Origin: Spirogloea muscicola
Lineage: Eukaryota
DNA: 64,000 nt
Assembly (NCBI GenBank): GCA_009602725.1
Contig: WELB01000014.1
Span: 1,201,828-1,265,827, forward strand
Direction: 5' to 3'
Numbering within the stretch: position 1 is the first letter of the stretch; each line of letters begins with the position of its first letter. Below are positions 24,725 through 36,850 of this stretch, piece after piece. The translations under genes and the position numbers were made by a program. The notes under the pieces are model-generated. The model was not told where the DNA came from, searched no databases, and saw only the letters and a program-made list of their open reading frames with translations.

Positions 24725-27525
24725 TGTAGCGAATGCTGTGGATCGCCAAGCCCGGGCTGCCGGCGGCGCAAGGAAAAGCGGGAGGCATTGGGATGGGGCC
24801 GCAACGGTAAACTGAGCAACGGTTACTGCAGGGGCAAGGGTCCAGGGGTCCGAGGTTGGGTGAAGAACTCACCCCCTCTCCCCATCTCGGGTGCCCCCTT
24901 TATAGCCCGACGGACTGCGAGCCCGGCCATACGGGCCCGGGTGGGATATTCGGCACCCAGTCTCTCGTTGATGACCCGTCCACGACCTGTCGACGGCTAA
25001 CAACGGCTACCACCGACAATCTACCCGTCACACGCAGCTGACGGTCACTACCCCCAGGCTATCGTCAGCCGTCTATCATCCCCGTCAATACTAACGGCTA
25101 ACAATGCCGTCAAGGCAGTCTACAGCGCTGCCACCTCCCGTCGCCGTTCCAGCGCCAGCACCATGCTGTCTCGCGTGTCACGACTCCGGGTTGCGCCGCT
25201 CTCAGCTCTATATCAAAGCCACGCTGCCCAGCCTGGTGAAATTGTCCGTCTCCAGGCATCTGTCAAGCCTTTCCTGCGGCACTGACAGTCAATTTATTTA
25301 TCAGCCGGATGAGGTATCTAATCTCCAGGCATCTGTCAATACATTACAGCTGCATTGACATTCCAGCCATGTAAATTCGTTACACAGCACCCCCCTTAGA
25401 GGCGTAGCGTCCTCGCACGCCACATTTTCCTTAGGCCTCCTTAGGCCAGACCTCAGTACACTGCCCTGTCTCGTCATGGAACCGGATGCATTGGCGAGTA
25501 CAAGAAAGATTGGTGTGGGGATGAGAGTCAAGAGCCACCCTGTAGCCCTTATCTTGGCGTCGTGCACAGTGCCTTGTCCAAGGGCCCTTGCACCGCGAAG
25601 TTGCTCAACATCCTCCACACACCAATGCCATCATGGCTTCCCCATTGAAGACTCAGTTCTTCGTTTCTGGGGTGGTACTCCCTTCTTCACCAGAAGCTCC
25701 AGTCCACACGGAAAGCCGTCCACTGGTTGTCGCCAGTGGGCACGTCGCTTCTTGGGCCAGCCACATGGGCTTCTAACCCCGGCAGTTTGTCAAAGGTGGA
25801 CCTGATCCTTCAACACAAACATCAAGGGAGGTCGGATTCCAGCAGCAGCAGCAGCCATAGTGCAGCAGCAGCAGCAGCAGCAGCAGCCAAAATGGCAGTA
25901 TCGGCTACTATAGCAGCAGCAGCATGAGCACCAGGACCAGCAACAGCAGGAATACAGCCAGGCGAGATAGCATCACCGTCATCCTCTGACTCTTCAGGAT
26001 CGTTCCCATGTCGAGGAGCTCCCTTATGCCATCCGTTGCCATGCTCGCCGACGCGTGCCAAACGTCGAGTTGGTGGCGCGGTCGGCACCACAGGGCTCCA
26101 TGGAAATGACCCTCATCTCGTGTGGTATAAAGCAGTTGGCTCCCCCAAATTGAGCTGAGCCAGTCCTGCACTTTCCCCTAGCCCAATACAGAGGCTACTC
26201 TGGCACTGGTGCCACTCTTGCACAGTCCAGCATTGGAGCCAAAGCTCCTATGGCAATCTCAACAGCATGAAGACTCTCGGCCTCAAAACGGCTAAGTCAC
26301 ATATGCATGCAAGCGACACACAGTCTTGCACAGGCTGTTGTTTTGCCATGGCAGGAATCACCATTCAGAGCATCAAGGACAAGAAACACAAACTCGGCCT
26401 TGAGCACATAGTCAACCTTCACCTCCCAACCGCCGCTGAATTGGACATGCTGACAAGCAGCCAGTCCTACCAATAGCAGGGGATGTGCGCGTGAAGGGTT
26501 GACCCGGCGACAGCTGCCGTTGGGGTGCCAGTGGCGACGACGGCACGACCGACTTCACCTCGACGCCATGGTTGACAGTTGTGGCCCTTCCGGACCTCTG
26601 CCGACCCCCTGTTGTCGCCACTGCTGGCGGCAACGGTCCCTCCGGACCCCTGTGGACACCAGCGGTTGCCAGCCGCTAGGTCCGCGGACTCACCCACGAT
26701 GCAGGCAGAGAAGCACCAGGCATCATCGCGAGTGGTGTACCCGGCCGCTCGCGTGCAGGAGTTGTTGCACACGTGCCACACATCCCGCTTCCGCAGCGCC
26801 TCCTTGCCCGCCATGGCGCACACGCCGTGTGAGCGCTGGCGAGGGCTTGTCTCCTCTGATACCATTGTAACGAATGCTGTGGATCGCCAAGCCCGGGCTG
26901 CCGGCGGCGCAAGGAAAAGCGGGAGGCATTGGGATGGGGCCGCAACGGTAAAACTGAGCAACGGTTACTGCAGGGGCAAGGGTCCAGGGGTCCGAGGTTG
27001 GGTGAAGAACTCACCCCCTCTCCCATCTCGGGTGCCCCCTTTATAGCCCGACGGACTGCGAGCCCGGCCATACGGGCCCGGGTGGGATGTTCGGCACCCA
27101 GTCTCTCGTTGATGACCCGTCCACGACCTGTCGACGGCTAACAACGGCTACCACCGACAATCTACCCGTCACTCGCAGCTGACGGTCACTACCCCCAGGC
27201 TATCGTCAGCCGTCTATCATCCCCGTCAATACTAACGGCTAACAATGCCGTCAAGGCAGTCTACAGCGCTGCCACCTCCCGTCGCCGTTCCAGCGCCAGC
27301 ACCATGCTGTCTCGCGTGTCACGACTCCGGGTTGCGCCGCTCTCAGCTCTATATCAAAGCCACGCTGCCCAGCCTGGTGAAATTGTCCGTCTCCAGGCAT
27401 CTGTCAAGCCTTTCCTGCGGCACTGACAGTCAATTTATTTATCAGCCGGATGAGGTATCTAATCTCCAGGCATCTGTCAATACATTACAGCTGCATTGAC
27501 ATTCCAGCCATGTAAATTCGTTACA
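24725..27525 (-). mobile_element. Non-autonomous LTR retrotransposon (TRIM/LARD-like), 2801 bp
   Basis: Two 660 bp LTRs (24725-25384, 26866-27525) with TGTA(A/G)CGAAT...ATTCGTTACA ends. 5 bp TSD GGCTG (24720-24, 27526-30). Initiator-Met PBS TGGTATCAGAG on - at 26854-26864. Purine tract AAGGGGGG on - at 25390-25397. No intact gag/pol. Confidence 0.95.
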
Positions 27526-27582
27526 GGCTGTGTAGTTAGGCGCAATCATCGGTCGCTCAGACTCTGTCCAATGATTTTGAGG

Positions 27583-27688
27583 GCTGGCCCTTTGCGCACC
27601 TACTGTCACCTGCCACCTTGCAGGTGCAAGCAGAAGCTGGCCCTTCGCGTACCTATCGTCACCTGCCACCTTGCAGGTGCAAGCAGAA
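27583..27688 (+). repeat. Tandem duplication of a 53 bp unit
   Basis: GCTGGCCCTTxGCGxACCTAxxGTCACCTGCCACCTTGCAGGTGCAAGCAGAA x2. Each unit contains a CACCTGC/GCAGGTG stem. Confidence 0.85.
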
Positions 27689-28590
27689 GAAAGTGCTCGC
27701 CCATCGAGGAGAGGGGCTGGAAAAGCCAGCCCAAAAAAGAATGAACAAAGGACGAGAAGGGGGCCAGGGGAAGCGCTAAGAAAAACAAGCACAAAAAGAA
27801 ACAGCAGCTACGAATCACTCAGTAACCCCTGCTGGTGGTGACCGAGGCATACAAGAGTTCTGCTTCCACACACATTGCTGGACACGCAGTGGGAGGTGCT
27901 GAGCAGAGAAAGCTCCGACACTACTCTGACTACCCCCGCAGCGACCACCTTCTCCCGGCCGCAATTGACACTTTCGGCTGCTTGGGTCCTCGCTTCCATA
28001 CCCTACTGGAGAACATAGCGAGTTTGGGATATGCACTACGCAAGGATATGCTTCCAGCCCAGATGGCTATGCCGGCAGCCTATCCGTCATTTTTGCGACG
28101 TCGAGTGTCAGTTTGTCTGCAGCGAGCTCAGGCTCATGCGTTACATCAGAAAGATGGTCGAGCCTTGGCTGGTAGTTCAAGAGCTTGTCGATTGCCGTCC
28201 GGTATTTGAGCATCAGTTAGCGACCTCTATGTGCTGACTCATGGTTACTGAGCGGGTCAGCTTAGCAGCAGGTGACGTACATTTGTCAATGTGCTTGCCT
28301 TTGTACTTGGCCACACATGGCCTCCCCATCTCTTAAGACACACGTCCCTGCTAAGCAGCCGCAGATCAGAGATGCTAGGCTCCTGGAAGTGGGTCCCCTG
28401 GCCAGACTCAGAGGCAGCAGCGAGGGCTCTGCCGGCACCCAGGTGCAGCGCGCGGGCCATAGACCTCTGCAGCGAGACGGCCAGGCGCATACGGTACACT
28501 TGCGCCAGCGACCCAGCTGCAGAAAGGTCCACCGGATCCCCACGGAGACGGCGGGCGATGGCGTGGCGTGGCAAGCAAAGCTATGTGGCC
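27689..28590 (-). mobile_element. RLE retrotransposon family B 3' fragment interrupted by a family A insertion
   Basis: HAIARR...SLAQVYRMRLAVSLQRSMARAL...EPSISDLRLLSR (28590-28346) resumes at 27833 as AGCAGGGGTTACTGAGTG..., colinear with the uninterrupted copy at 63590-63950. Confidence 0.82.
27834..28345 (+). mobile_element. 5'-truncated RLE retrotransposon family A with 7 bp TSD CCCTGCT
   Basis: ORF 27835-28209 is an RLE C-terminus. CCCTGCT at 27827-27833 and 28346-28352. Confidence 0.82.
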
Positions 28591-29726
28591 GAGCTTAGGG
28601 TTTAGGGTTGACAAGGTGGCCTTCGCAACCACGTTGCGGCTCCTCCTGGAGATGACGTGTGCGGACATGCACGGGCTGCTTGACTGTTCAGGCATCATAT
28701 TCAGGCAAAAGCTAGTGCAAGACGTGGGGTTACATGCATGAATTCCATTCTAGGAGGGTAAGGTGATACTGCGAAAGTGGGCTGAAAGAGGACATCAGCA
28801 CGTACAAATCTAACAGGCTAATCTGGGGTCACGGAGCACCGCCGTGGTAGTCAGCTCGTCTGCTCCATACGTTTAGTGGGACTGTGTGCCTTTAAGTTGG
28901 AACAGTCTGCCCATGCCACAGAAGTCTGCGTCGCCATCTGTAAGTGGAGGTAAGGAGCGTAGGAGGTCGGATCGTGTGGCGGTGAGGGAAACTGGACTGG
29001 CAGGGTCATCGTCACCACTACTACTATGGGTGCTAGATCAGCCTAACCCCTCGTGAAACTGGTTTTAATTGGTGGAGGACACCTGGGCCAAGCACCCCAC
29101 ATGTGCCGCCAAGAGAGAGAAGTTTCTCCTTGCAGAAAGATGGCCATGAAGGCAGACGGCAAGGGAGAAGAAGCTCTTTTACTGGAAAGATGGCTGTGAA
29201 AGGCCAGCCCGAAGGAAATGGACAAGAAGGCCCTGAGAGATTCCTAGAAGGTCCAATGATTTACAAGATCCTTTCTTTCGTTAGCCCACAATGTATACTC
29301 TGGTAGGCAAGACTGGAGAGGAGACCACTGCCGAGCAAGAAGCGATGACAAGGAGAACATGACTGCATGTATCGCAGATAAAGCCTGCAAAGTATGAGCA
29401 CTCTGATAAAAGCCACAGGTCAAAGCCTCCATAAAGCTGTAGGTGATATCAAGGTCCTTAGACCAATAGGTATGAATGTCTGATTCCCCATCTTGTACTA
29501 CTAGCTAATTACACCACTCGTACATTGATTTGCTATGTAATACTTAATGTTCTAGACGTCCAATAAGTGATTGGTCACAGCAGTAACTGGACCAGGTTAT
29601 CGAATACCAATATTAAAGTACTGGTGGCAACGAATTCGATGATAACAAGGTCTACTGAGAAGGTTGATATCTTCTGACATTGCAGGCTGTAGAAGAATGA
29701 CATGCTATGGACGTAACCATCAAGCA

Positions 29727-32700
29727 CTATCTTGATGCTCGAGCATAATCTGAAAGGTGCAGCACCCGAGGCCTTGTGATCAATATCTCCAAGACTACAT
29801 GCTCCTCATTGGGTTGGCCTTTGTGCTCCAACACAACTAGAGCTGTGAGCTGAGCTGTTCGGCTCTTAAGGCGCAGCTGCAGGCTGCCTGACGTGCAGGC
29901 ACCTGCCCAAGAAGGCGCCACTTCTAAGACCAGCTTGTGTAAGCTGCCCGGAGCTGCTGACAAGTGCTGCAATTCTATGACAAGTGCTGCAATTCTATGC
30001 AGGCCTTTCCTGGGGAGTACCAGAACAATAGCAACTACATGTAAAGCCACATGGAAGAGGAAGTGTCAATCATACGTATGAGAGGTTGAGGCCTGTGCAC
30101 ATTGGGTCCCAAACACCCCCGTCGAGCACTCTGATCTTGAAGGCCTAGTGATGCAGGCACTGTCAAGTATTGCAAGCATTGCCCAACTTCACCCACTGCA
30201 TCTAACAGGCTTGTAAGCGTGAAGAAGGAGAAGGGCTCAGAGAAGCACCTCATGTACTTCTGGATTTGTAGATGTCACGATACAGGAGTCAGCGATGCTC
30301 CAGCTCAGCAATATGCTTATCACGAGCCGCTAGCTCTGTTTCAAGGTGTTGCAGTTGCAGCTCAGCTTCTCTTAGTGCCTGTCATCCATGTGGCCAGGAT
30401 CCATCACAATCATGCTCCTTGCTGTCGCAGATCTCTTTCACTATTAAGGGTCTCTTTCTTCCAAAGAACTGTAGAAGATATCAACCTGCTTCATGTGGGG
30501 TGCAAAGGACTGGCTGGTGCTATAGTAAAAATCACTGCGATGTGATATGATCCAGGATATTTGCAGGTCTTTGACAACATGGGAAGCGAAGAGACACAGC
30601 ATACTTCATGATGATGCCTTGCTACAACTTGGAGGCCCCAGAGGAGGCTCACTGACCTCCCTGGTTTCGGCTGCAGAGCCAAACATCTCCACGCTCTGCT
30701 CCAGCTCCTCCTTAACCATGCCCAGGGCACTATCTCGATTTGTAACTCCGGACCGCAGGGCCTCAACCTCCTCCAGCAGCTCCCTAACTTTACTTTCAGC
30801 CTGCCGCGCTGCCTGAAGTGGGGGAGCCCACAAGAAACTAATGTCAAAATTACAGCAGTGAGGATCTACACATGGTGGCATATGGTGATCCTGCAGCGAC
30901 CTTCAGCAGTGACAGTTGCACACAATATGTCCAGGGATCCTGAAGAGCGTACTACATCTGGCAAATAGCATGTCCAGCTGAAGGGGCTTGGGATGCTGCT
31001 GTCACTATGTTTGGAAGAATCACTGTCACAGTAAGCACAGTGGCTGACCTGCTCAGCTCGCAAGGCGCGGATGTTCTCTGTGACACTGCGGCGCAGTTCA
31101 GCCAGCTCATTCTCCTTCTCCTCTAGGGCCTCCCTGAGCTCCTCCTCCCTCTCCCTTACCTCGTTCAGATCCTGAATGAGCAGGACCACATGGAAATAAT
31201 ACAGAGGTTTGCTGGCCAGATGGCACATTGAAGTTTCTCAAGAGCCACACACATGCAGCAATCTTGCTGCCCGCGAATCCACCTGCTTGATCCGTGCCGC
31301 AGTTTGCAACGCCCCTGTTGTCCGTTGTGAGTCCTCTCTGATCTCTTCCAGGAGCTCGTCTTGAGACTGCACTTCTGCTTCCAGCGCCACGATCTGAGCT
31401 GCCATTTGCTCAGCCCTCTTCTCCGACTGTATAAGAGCCTGTACCAGCGTGAAAGCACTCTCCTTAATATGACATATACATCCTCAACTCATCCATTCAA
31501 AAAAAGGTCACATCGGGGGGGTGGAGAGTGCGGGCCAACTTTCAAGCTCCGAGCCGCCTGCTGCCAATTAAGCATACTGAACACCTGTCCGGCAAACATT
31601 CCATAGCCCTTAAAAGTACGGATCTGGTAAATGATTCCAGGAAGCTGAGCATGGCCTGGAAATGCCAGCTCCAGGCACCCATCAAAGTGAAGAGGGAGGG
31701 TGACAGAAAGACCAACATAGAGGGAATTCCAACAAGGGTGCAGCTCACCTCCCGGGTCTTGGATGCAGCCATCAGGAGGTCTGCAGACCTCATTGTCTCC
31801 TCCCTGACAGCAGCCATGGTACGCTCCTTAGCCTCTACTAGTTTGCGCGCATCCGCTAGCTCGGCCGCCAAGTCACCCGCCCTGCCTTCGGCGAGCCGCA
31901 GCGCCTGCTCCCGGCCCACCGCCTGCTGAAGCACCTTAGCCCCAGATTCTACCTCCTCCCGGAGCCTGGCCTTGGCTTCCTCCATCTGCACCTCCAAGCT
32001 CGCCACTTGCTCTTGCAGCTCCTGGGCAACCTGCTACTCCCCACAGGAATGCAAAATCGGCTTCATGAGCACTCAGGGATAAGATAGTCATATCGGGCTG
32101 ATGTTTGGCACGAGCAGCTGGCAGGGGCACTGCGCCAGTGAACATCAGCACACTGGGAGCTGCCAGACTGCAACACCTCCAAAGGTCACTGACATCTTAG
32201 GTTGACTGTGAAGAATTGCAAAACCTTGGCTTGTGGTGGCACTTATTGTTGCGCTGTGAGCACAACAATACATGACATCAACAATGTGTGAAGGTGCATG
32301 TTGCCTTCTAGTACGTGCAACTTTACAACCTCTGTCTGACACATGATGTTGATGCGCGGGCAATAGACAAAGGCACAAATATGCATTGACTTGACACCCA
32401 ACCATGAAAAGCATTCAGCACCATTGCTGCCAGACTCAGGCACCTTATTGGCGCCCGCGAGGAGCTCCTTGGTGTGCCGAAGCTCCTGCTTGGAGGCCTC
32501 GATGACCTGGTCCTTGCTACGGCTTTCCACTTCCAGCTGCGCAACCTTGAGATTCAGGTCTTCTGCTGTTGTTCGTGCCTCCGACAGATCCTGCACACAG
32601 CACACCCAACAACTGCACCACATAAGCATCTCCAATATTTCTGCAACTTAATTCCAGCACTAAGCTCAAGATTGACAAGTATGACAGAGACCTTGCCAGA

Positions 32701-35227
32701 ATAGCATGAACATTCGATTACATCATAGCCGACATACTGTGTGACTGCACTGCAATTAGCTGGACGATGTTTGCCAACTGAAAAGCTAGACCTCTGAGTG
32801 GCCAAGAGGAATGGTCATCTCACTGCTCCAATCAGAGCAGCTCGCTCGAGAGCCTTCAAAGTTGCCTGCTTCTCCTTGTTGAGAAGGTCCCCTGTCTCCT
32901 CCAGCTCGTCCTCCAAACTCAAAGTCCTCTCTCGTGCAGCCATCATAGCCTGCGGACATCTCAGGCATTGCTCCTCAATCTTCAGTACTGTAAGCTCTCA
33001 CGAGAATAGACTCAGCCAAGCTCCCTTTAGCCCCCTGCAGTGAGCTTACAAGCTAAGTAGGTAGTCCAAGCTGACCCTTGTTTCATGGCTATCCAACTAG
33101 GTCCAAGTGGTGAGATGCTTGTTACAGGTTTTACTCTAGCAGCAGGATTTGTGCAGTTGCAGATAAGTATGACATACTGTTGCAGCCTGCTGGAGCGCCT
33201 GGCTGGAGAGCACGGCTTCAGTCTGCAGCTGCGACAGCAGCTCGTTCCTCGTGTTCAAGTCCCGCAATATCCGCTCGAGCTCGGACGTTAGTTGCTTAAC
33301 CTGCTGCTGGGCCGACTGAAGGGCCTGGAGGAGCATGCCGATGTCAGCACTTCCCTCATCAGGATGCGCACCCCAAGTCAAGCAAAGCACTACGCAGGGG
33401 ACCATACTACCAGTCACAACAGGGGTACTGGGGTGCATAGCTCCCACTTACTAGTCACACTTACTAGTCAATCGGAAATGGAGCAAGGCAATAGCTCTAC
33501 CCTGTCGCAACTGAATATGCTTAAACCTGTGCTGTGAACATCTGAAATGCAGTGGACCTGGGAGTCCTTAGCTAGGGCGGCGGTGTCCAGCTCCTCCTGC
33601 TGCTCAGTGGTGGCCCTGAGTCGCTCCTCAGCGTTCCTCAAACTCTGCTCTCCTTGAACGACACCCACAGCAGCCAGAAACTCAAGTTTGAACATAAGTA
33701 GTAATTTGTAGGCTAAGTTATTGGCAGGATGGCGAGAAGCTCAACTGATGCTGTCAACCTCATTGTGCACTATCAGTTGATGAGGTCTTAAGGGCTTCTT
33801 GCACAGGTTACAGGCTTGGCTTTGTAAGCAATGGTCAGTCTTAAGGGTCAGTAGATGCCAGAAAGAGTAGTCAGAGCAGGGGTGCGGCAACAAGCACACA
33901 CCTGCTGCGCAGCTGCAACCTGCTCTTGGAGCTCTGCAACACGCCGGTCCTTAACGCTGCTTTCGCGCTGCAGCAGTCCCACCTGCTGCGCAAGCCGCCG
34001 CGTGCGGCCCTCCGCCTCGCCCAGCGCCACGTCCCCCGCCTGCCGGCGCTGTGTGTGCATGCAAGGACGCCTGCATTGTCAACAGGGGACAACAGTGTGC
34101 TCGAGGCCAAGCACCACAGATGTAGCGTCGCTCTTACCTCGCGAGAGGTGCTTGCATCAGCAGTCATCTCTGCGATGGCGATGTTGGTCGCCTCAATGTC
34201 CTGGCCAGCCAAAGGGTGCTAGAAGTGGTCAGACGGGAAAAGGTTGAGCTCATATGCATCAATCCAGGCAGATAACCCAAGACTTCATTGCCTGAGCCAC
34301 TGTGATACTAAGCATCAAGCCCTTAGGTTGACTGCACTATGTACAGCGTGCTGGGGGGTGAGACACGGACCTTCTCGCGCTTCACGAGTCCGAGCTCCAG
34401 GGCGTCCATGTTGGCGGCCAGAGAACCGAGCAGGTCCCGCGCCTGCTGGTAGGCGGCGGAGCCTCGGGCCACGAGGCTGCGCAGGCCGGGCTTCCGGGCG
34501 GGGGGCACTTGGGGCAGCGCTGGTGGCGGTGGCGGTGCGCCATCCAGCGGCCCATTCTCGCTGTTGGCGACATCTTCTGCTGCGACAGAGGGCGGCGGCC
34601 TGGAGCAAGGAGGCAGAGGTGTTGGCATTGGAGCTCTCTGAGCCCAAGTTGGACAAGTATTGGCCTTAAGGAGTTGCGCAAAGCCAGCAAGAGCTCATGA
34701 TTGGCTTCAAGGAGCTACGCAATGCCAGCAAGAGCTCGACCTAAGAGCCAGCATGCAAGCAGTGGTGTCTGATGGCCACCCTCCCGCCAAGTAAGCCACT
34801 CATAACTGTAGCTACTGAAGCCTGCCAGGTGCTGACCAGGACGCTGACAGTGCCCCTGTGGCCCTTGTGAGACTGAGGCAATGGTCAGAGACCCCTAAGC
34901 CCTAGGATGCAGCCTCGAGCTCAGCCGCTATTGGAGTGCCCACCCCGGCGTGGAGTCCGCGAGCTGCGCCCGAGGCCGGCCGCGCGGGGCCCTCTGCGGC
35001 CGGCAGGCCCTCGCCCGAGCATCGGGAGAGCCACAGGGGGCTGCTGCCGCCGCTCTCAGAGCCGGCGGCGTGCGCCGGAGGCCCGCATCGCCGGCACGCC
35101 TCGCCGCACTGGCGCTCGCCGGGGCTCCTCCTCGCGCGCCGGCCATCGCGCGGCCATTGCCAGAGCGAAACGCTTCGCCAGAGGGCCCGGCGGCGCCCGA
35201 GCCGCCTGAGAGGGCAATGGCGTCCAT
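29727..35227 (-). CDS. Long coiled-coil protein of unknown function, many exons
   Basis: Series of E/Q/L/A/R-rich heptad exons with GT-AG borders (e.g. DLNEVREREEELREALEEKENELAELRR; ASLEVQMEEAKARLREEVE; DLSEARTTAEDLNLKVAQLEVE). Both ends are uncertain and no family is recognised. Confidence 0.68.
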
Positions 35228-36094
35228 GGCCGGGCCGCCCGCGGCAGCCGCCGTGGCCTACGCCGCGGCGCGGGGCCCGCGGCAGCCTCCGCGCAGCCGG
35301 TGCGTCCCCTTCGCTCCTCCTCCCTCCTCGGGCTTCCTCCTCCGCCCTCGCCGGCCGGGCCCGCGGCCCCAGCGCCGGCCGCGGCCGTCTTCTGGAGGCC
35401 TTGCCACGAGCAGAAGGCCGGGAGAAGGGCACGAGAGCCCCGCCCGCTGCGGCGCCGAGCTCGACAGCAGAGAGCGCCGGCGACACTCGGGGCGAGCGCG
35501 CCGCGCGGCGCTCGTGGCGCCGGCGGCGAGGTCGCGGGCCGCCCGGGCTGCATCTCTAGGGCCGGCTGAGCTGCCCAGCCTCCCTCCCTCCGTTCAGCCC
35601 ACCCCCCCTCCCCGGCGCATGCTTGTCGCGTGTACAGCCGGCTTCCCTCACTGCGCCCACCAGGTCGCCCAGGCCCTGGCTCAGGATGGCGCCTCACCTG
35701 TGCCAAGTGGCGACCTCACGGGGCGCCGTGTGGCCCGATCTCATTGCTCCTGCTGTTGGAAGTTACGCAGCTCGCTTAGGCCGCCGCGTGGCTGATCGCG
35801 ACGATGTCATTGAGCACGCACCCTTGGTTTCCACGTTTCCCGGTTCCCTAGGACCTTGTTCACTTTTCTTGTGGGCTGGCTTGTCACAGAAGACCAGCTT
35901 CTTCCAATTGACAGGCAGTGGCTGTGATATGAACCACTCAAATACCACGAGTGAGGAGCCGCAAATCCGAAAGACTAGCTGCCGGATAACAAATCCCTCT
36001 GACATAAGCCAGAGGCTGCAACGAGAGCACGGCCTGCACGCAGGTGCAAGGCCTGTGGTCCATCCTGGTGGTTCATTATAGGTTCATCATTGTG

Positions 36095-36220
36095 CTTCAT
36101 CCAACCCCAGTTCTGAGATATTTCGGCCCCTTCGTAGTTTGGCTGCTACGATCCTTCTCAATTCTTGTTCGGGCTGGCTTATCACAGCCCTTGCCCCATT
36201 GGGAGAGCCACTTCTTCTTG
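36095..36220 (+). mobile_element. Isolated RLE-family 3' tail
   Basis: GGGCTGGCTTATCACAGCCCTTGCCCCATTGGGAGAGCCACTTCTTCTT, matching 63022-63075 and 63953-63993. Confidence 0.65.
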
Positions 36221-36850
36221 TGAGACGCCGGCCCAAAGGAATGGATAAGGTTCTAAGGAGCCACAGCCCTCGGCCCCCTTTGAATGAGCTGCTTCTTCTC
36301 TTATCATGATGCTTGGCGGCGGTCCCAGGGTGCAGACGCAGACACCACCTATGTGGCACCTAAGCTGGCAATCGTGTCACTTGCCTTGTAGGGAATCTCT
36401 GAGGACCCTTTACAGTTGGAGCTCGCCGATCTGCTGTGATGGGCTGTGCACATCAGAGTACCAGAGTTCCTCACACAGGATCGCTGTGACTGGCCGCCAG
36501 GGACATTTTACCTCAACCCTTCTGTGTGGCTGAGACACCCACCTGCCCAATCGCCTCTGGCACACTTTGGCAAGGGGCCTGCCCATCTAGCAACCCTCAG
36601 GTTGGTAGATGTCCTTTTTCCCTCCCAGACTGACCTTTGCGAGCTCAGCCTGCTATTGCATGCTACACTCTCGAGCAACAATTGACAGGGTGCTTCATAG
36701 CATAGCACTTTGCCTTCAATGTGGACTTGTGTTGGCCGGATGCAGTCACAGCTAAAATTGGCAGCGGCACTTTACAGGTAGCAAAGGTCGTCTAAAAGCT
36801 TGGCTGCTGCAGTGCCAGCAGAGCCGGCAGTTATAAATTTGCGCCGGCGA

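Noticed and set aside
25385..26853. gag/protease/chromodomain remnants inside the LTR element
   Set aside because: No convincing motif (CCHC, DSG, YxDD) by eye, so the superfamily is left unassigned.
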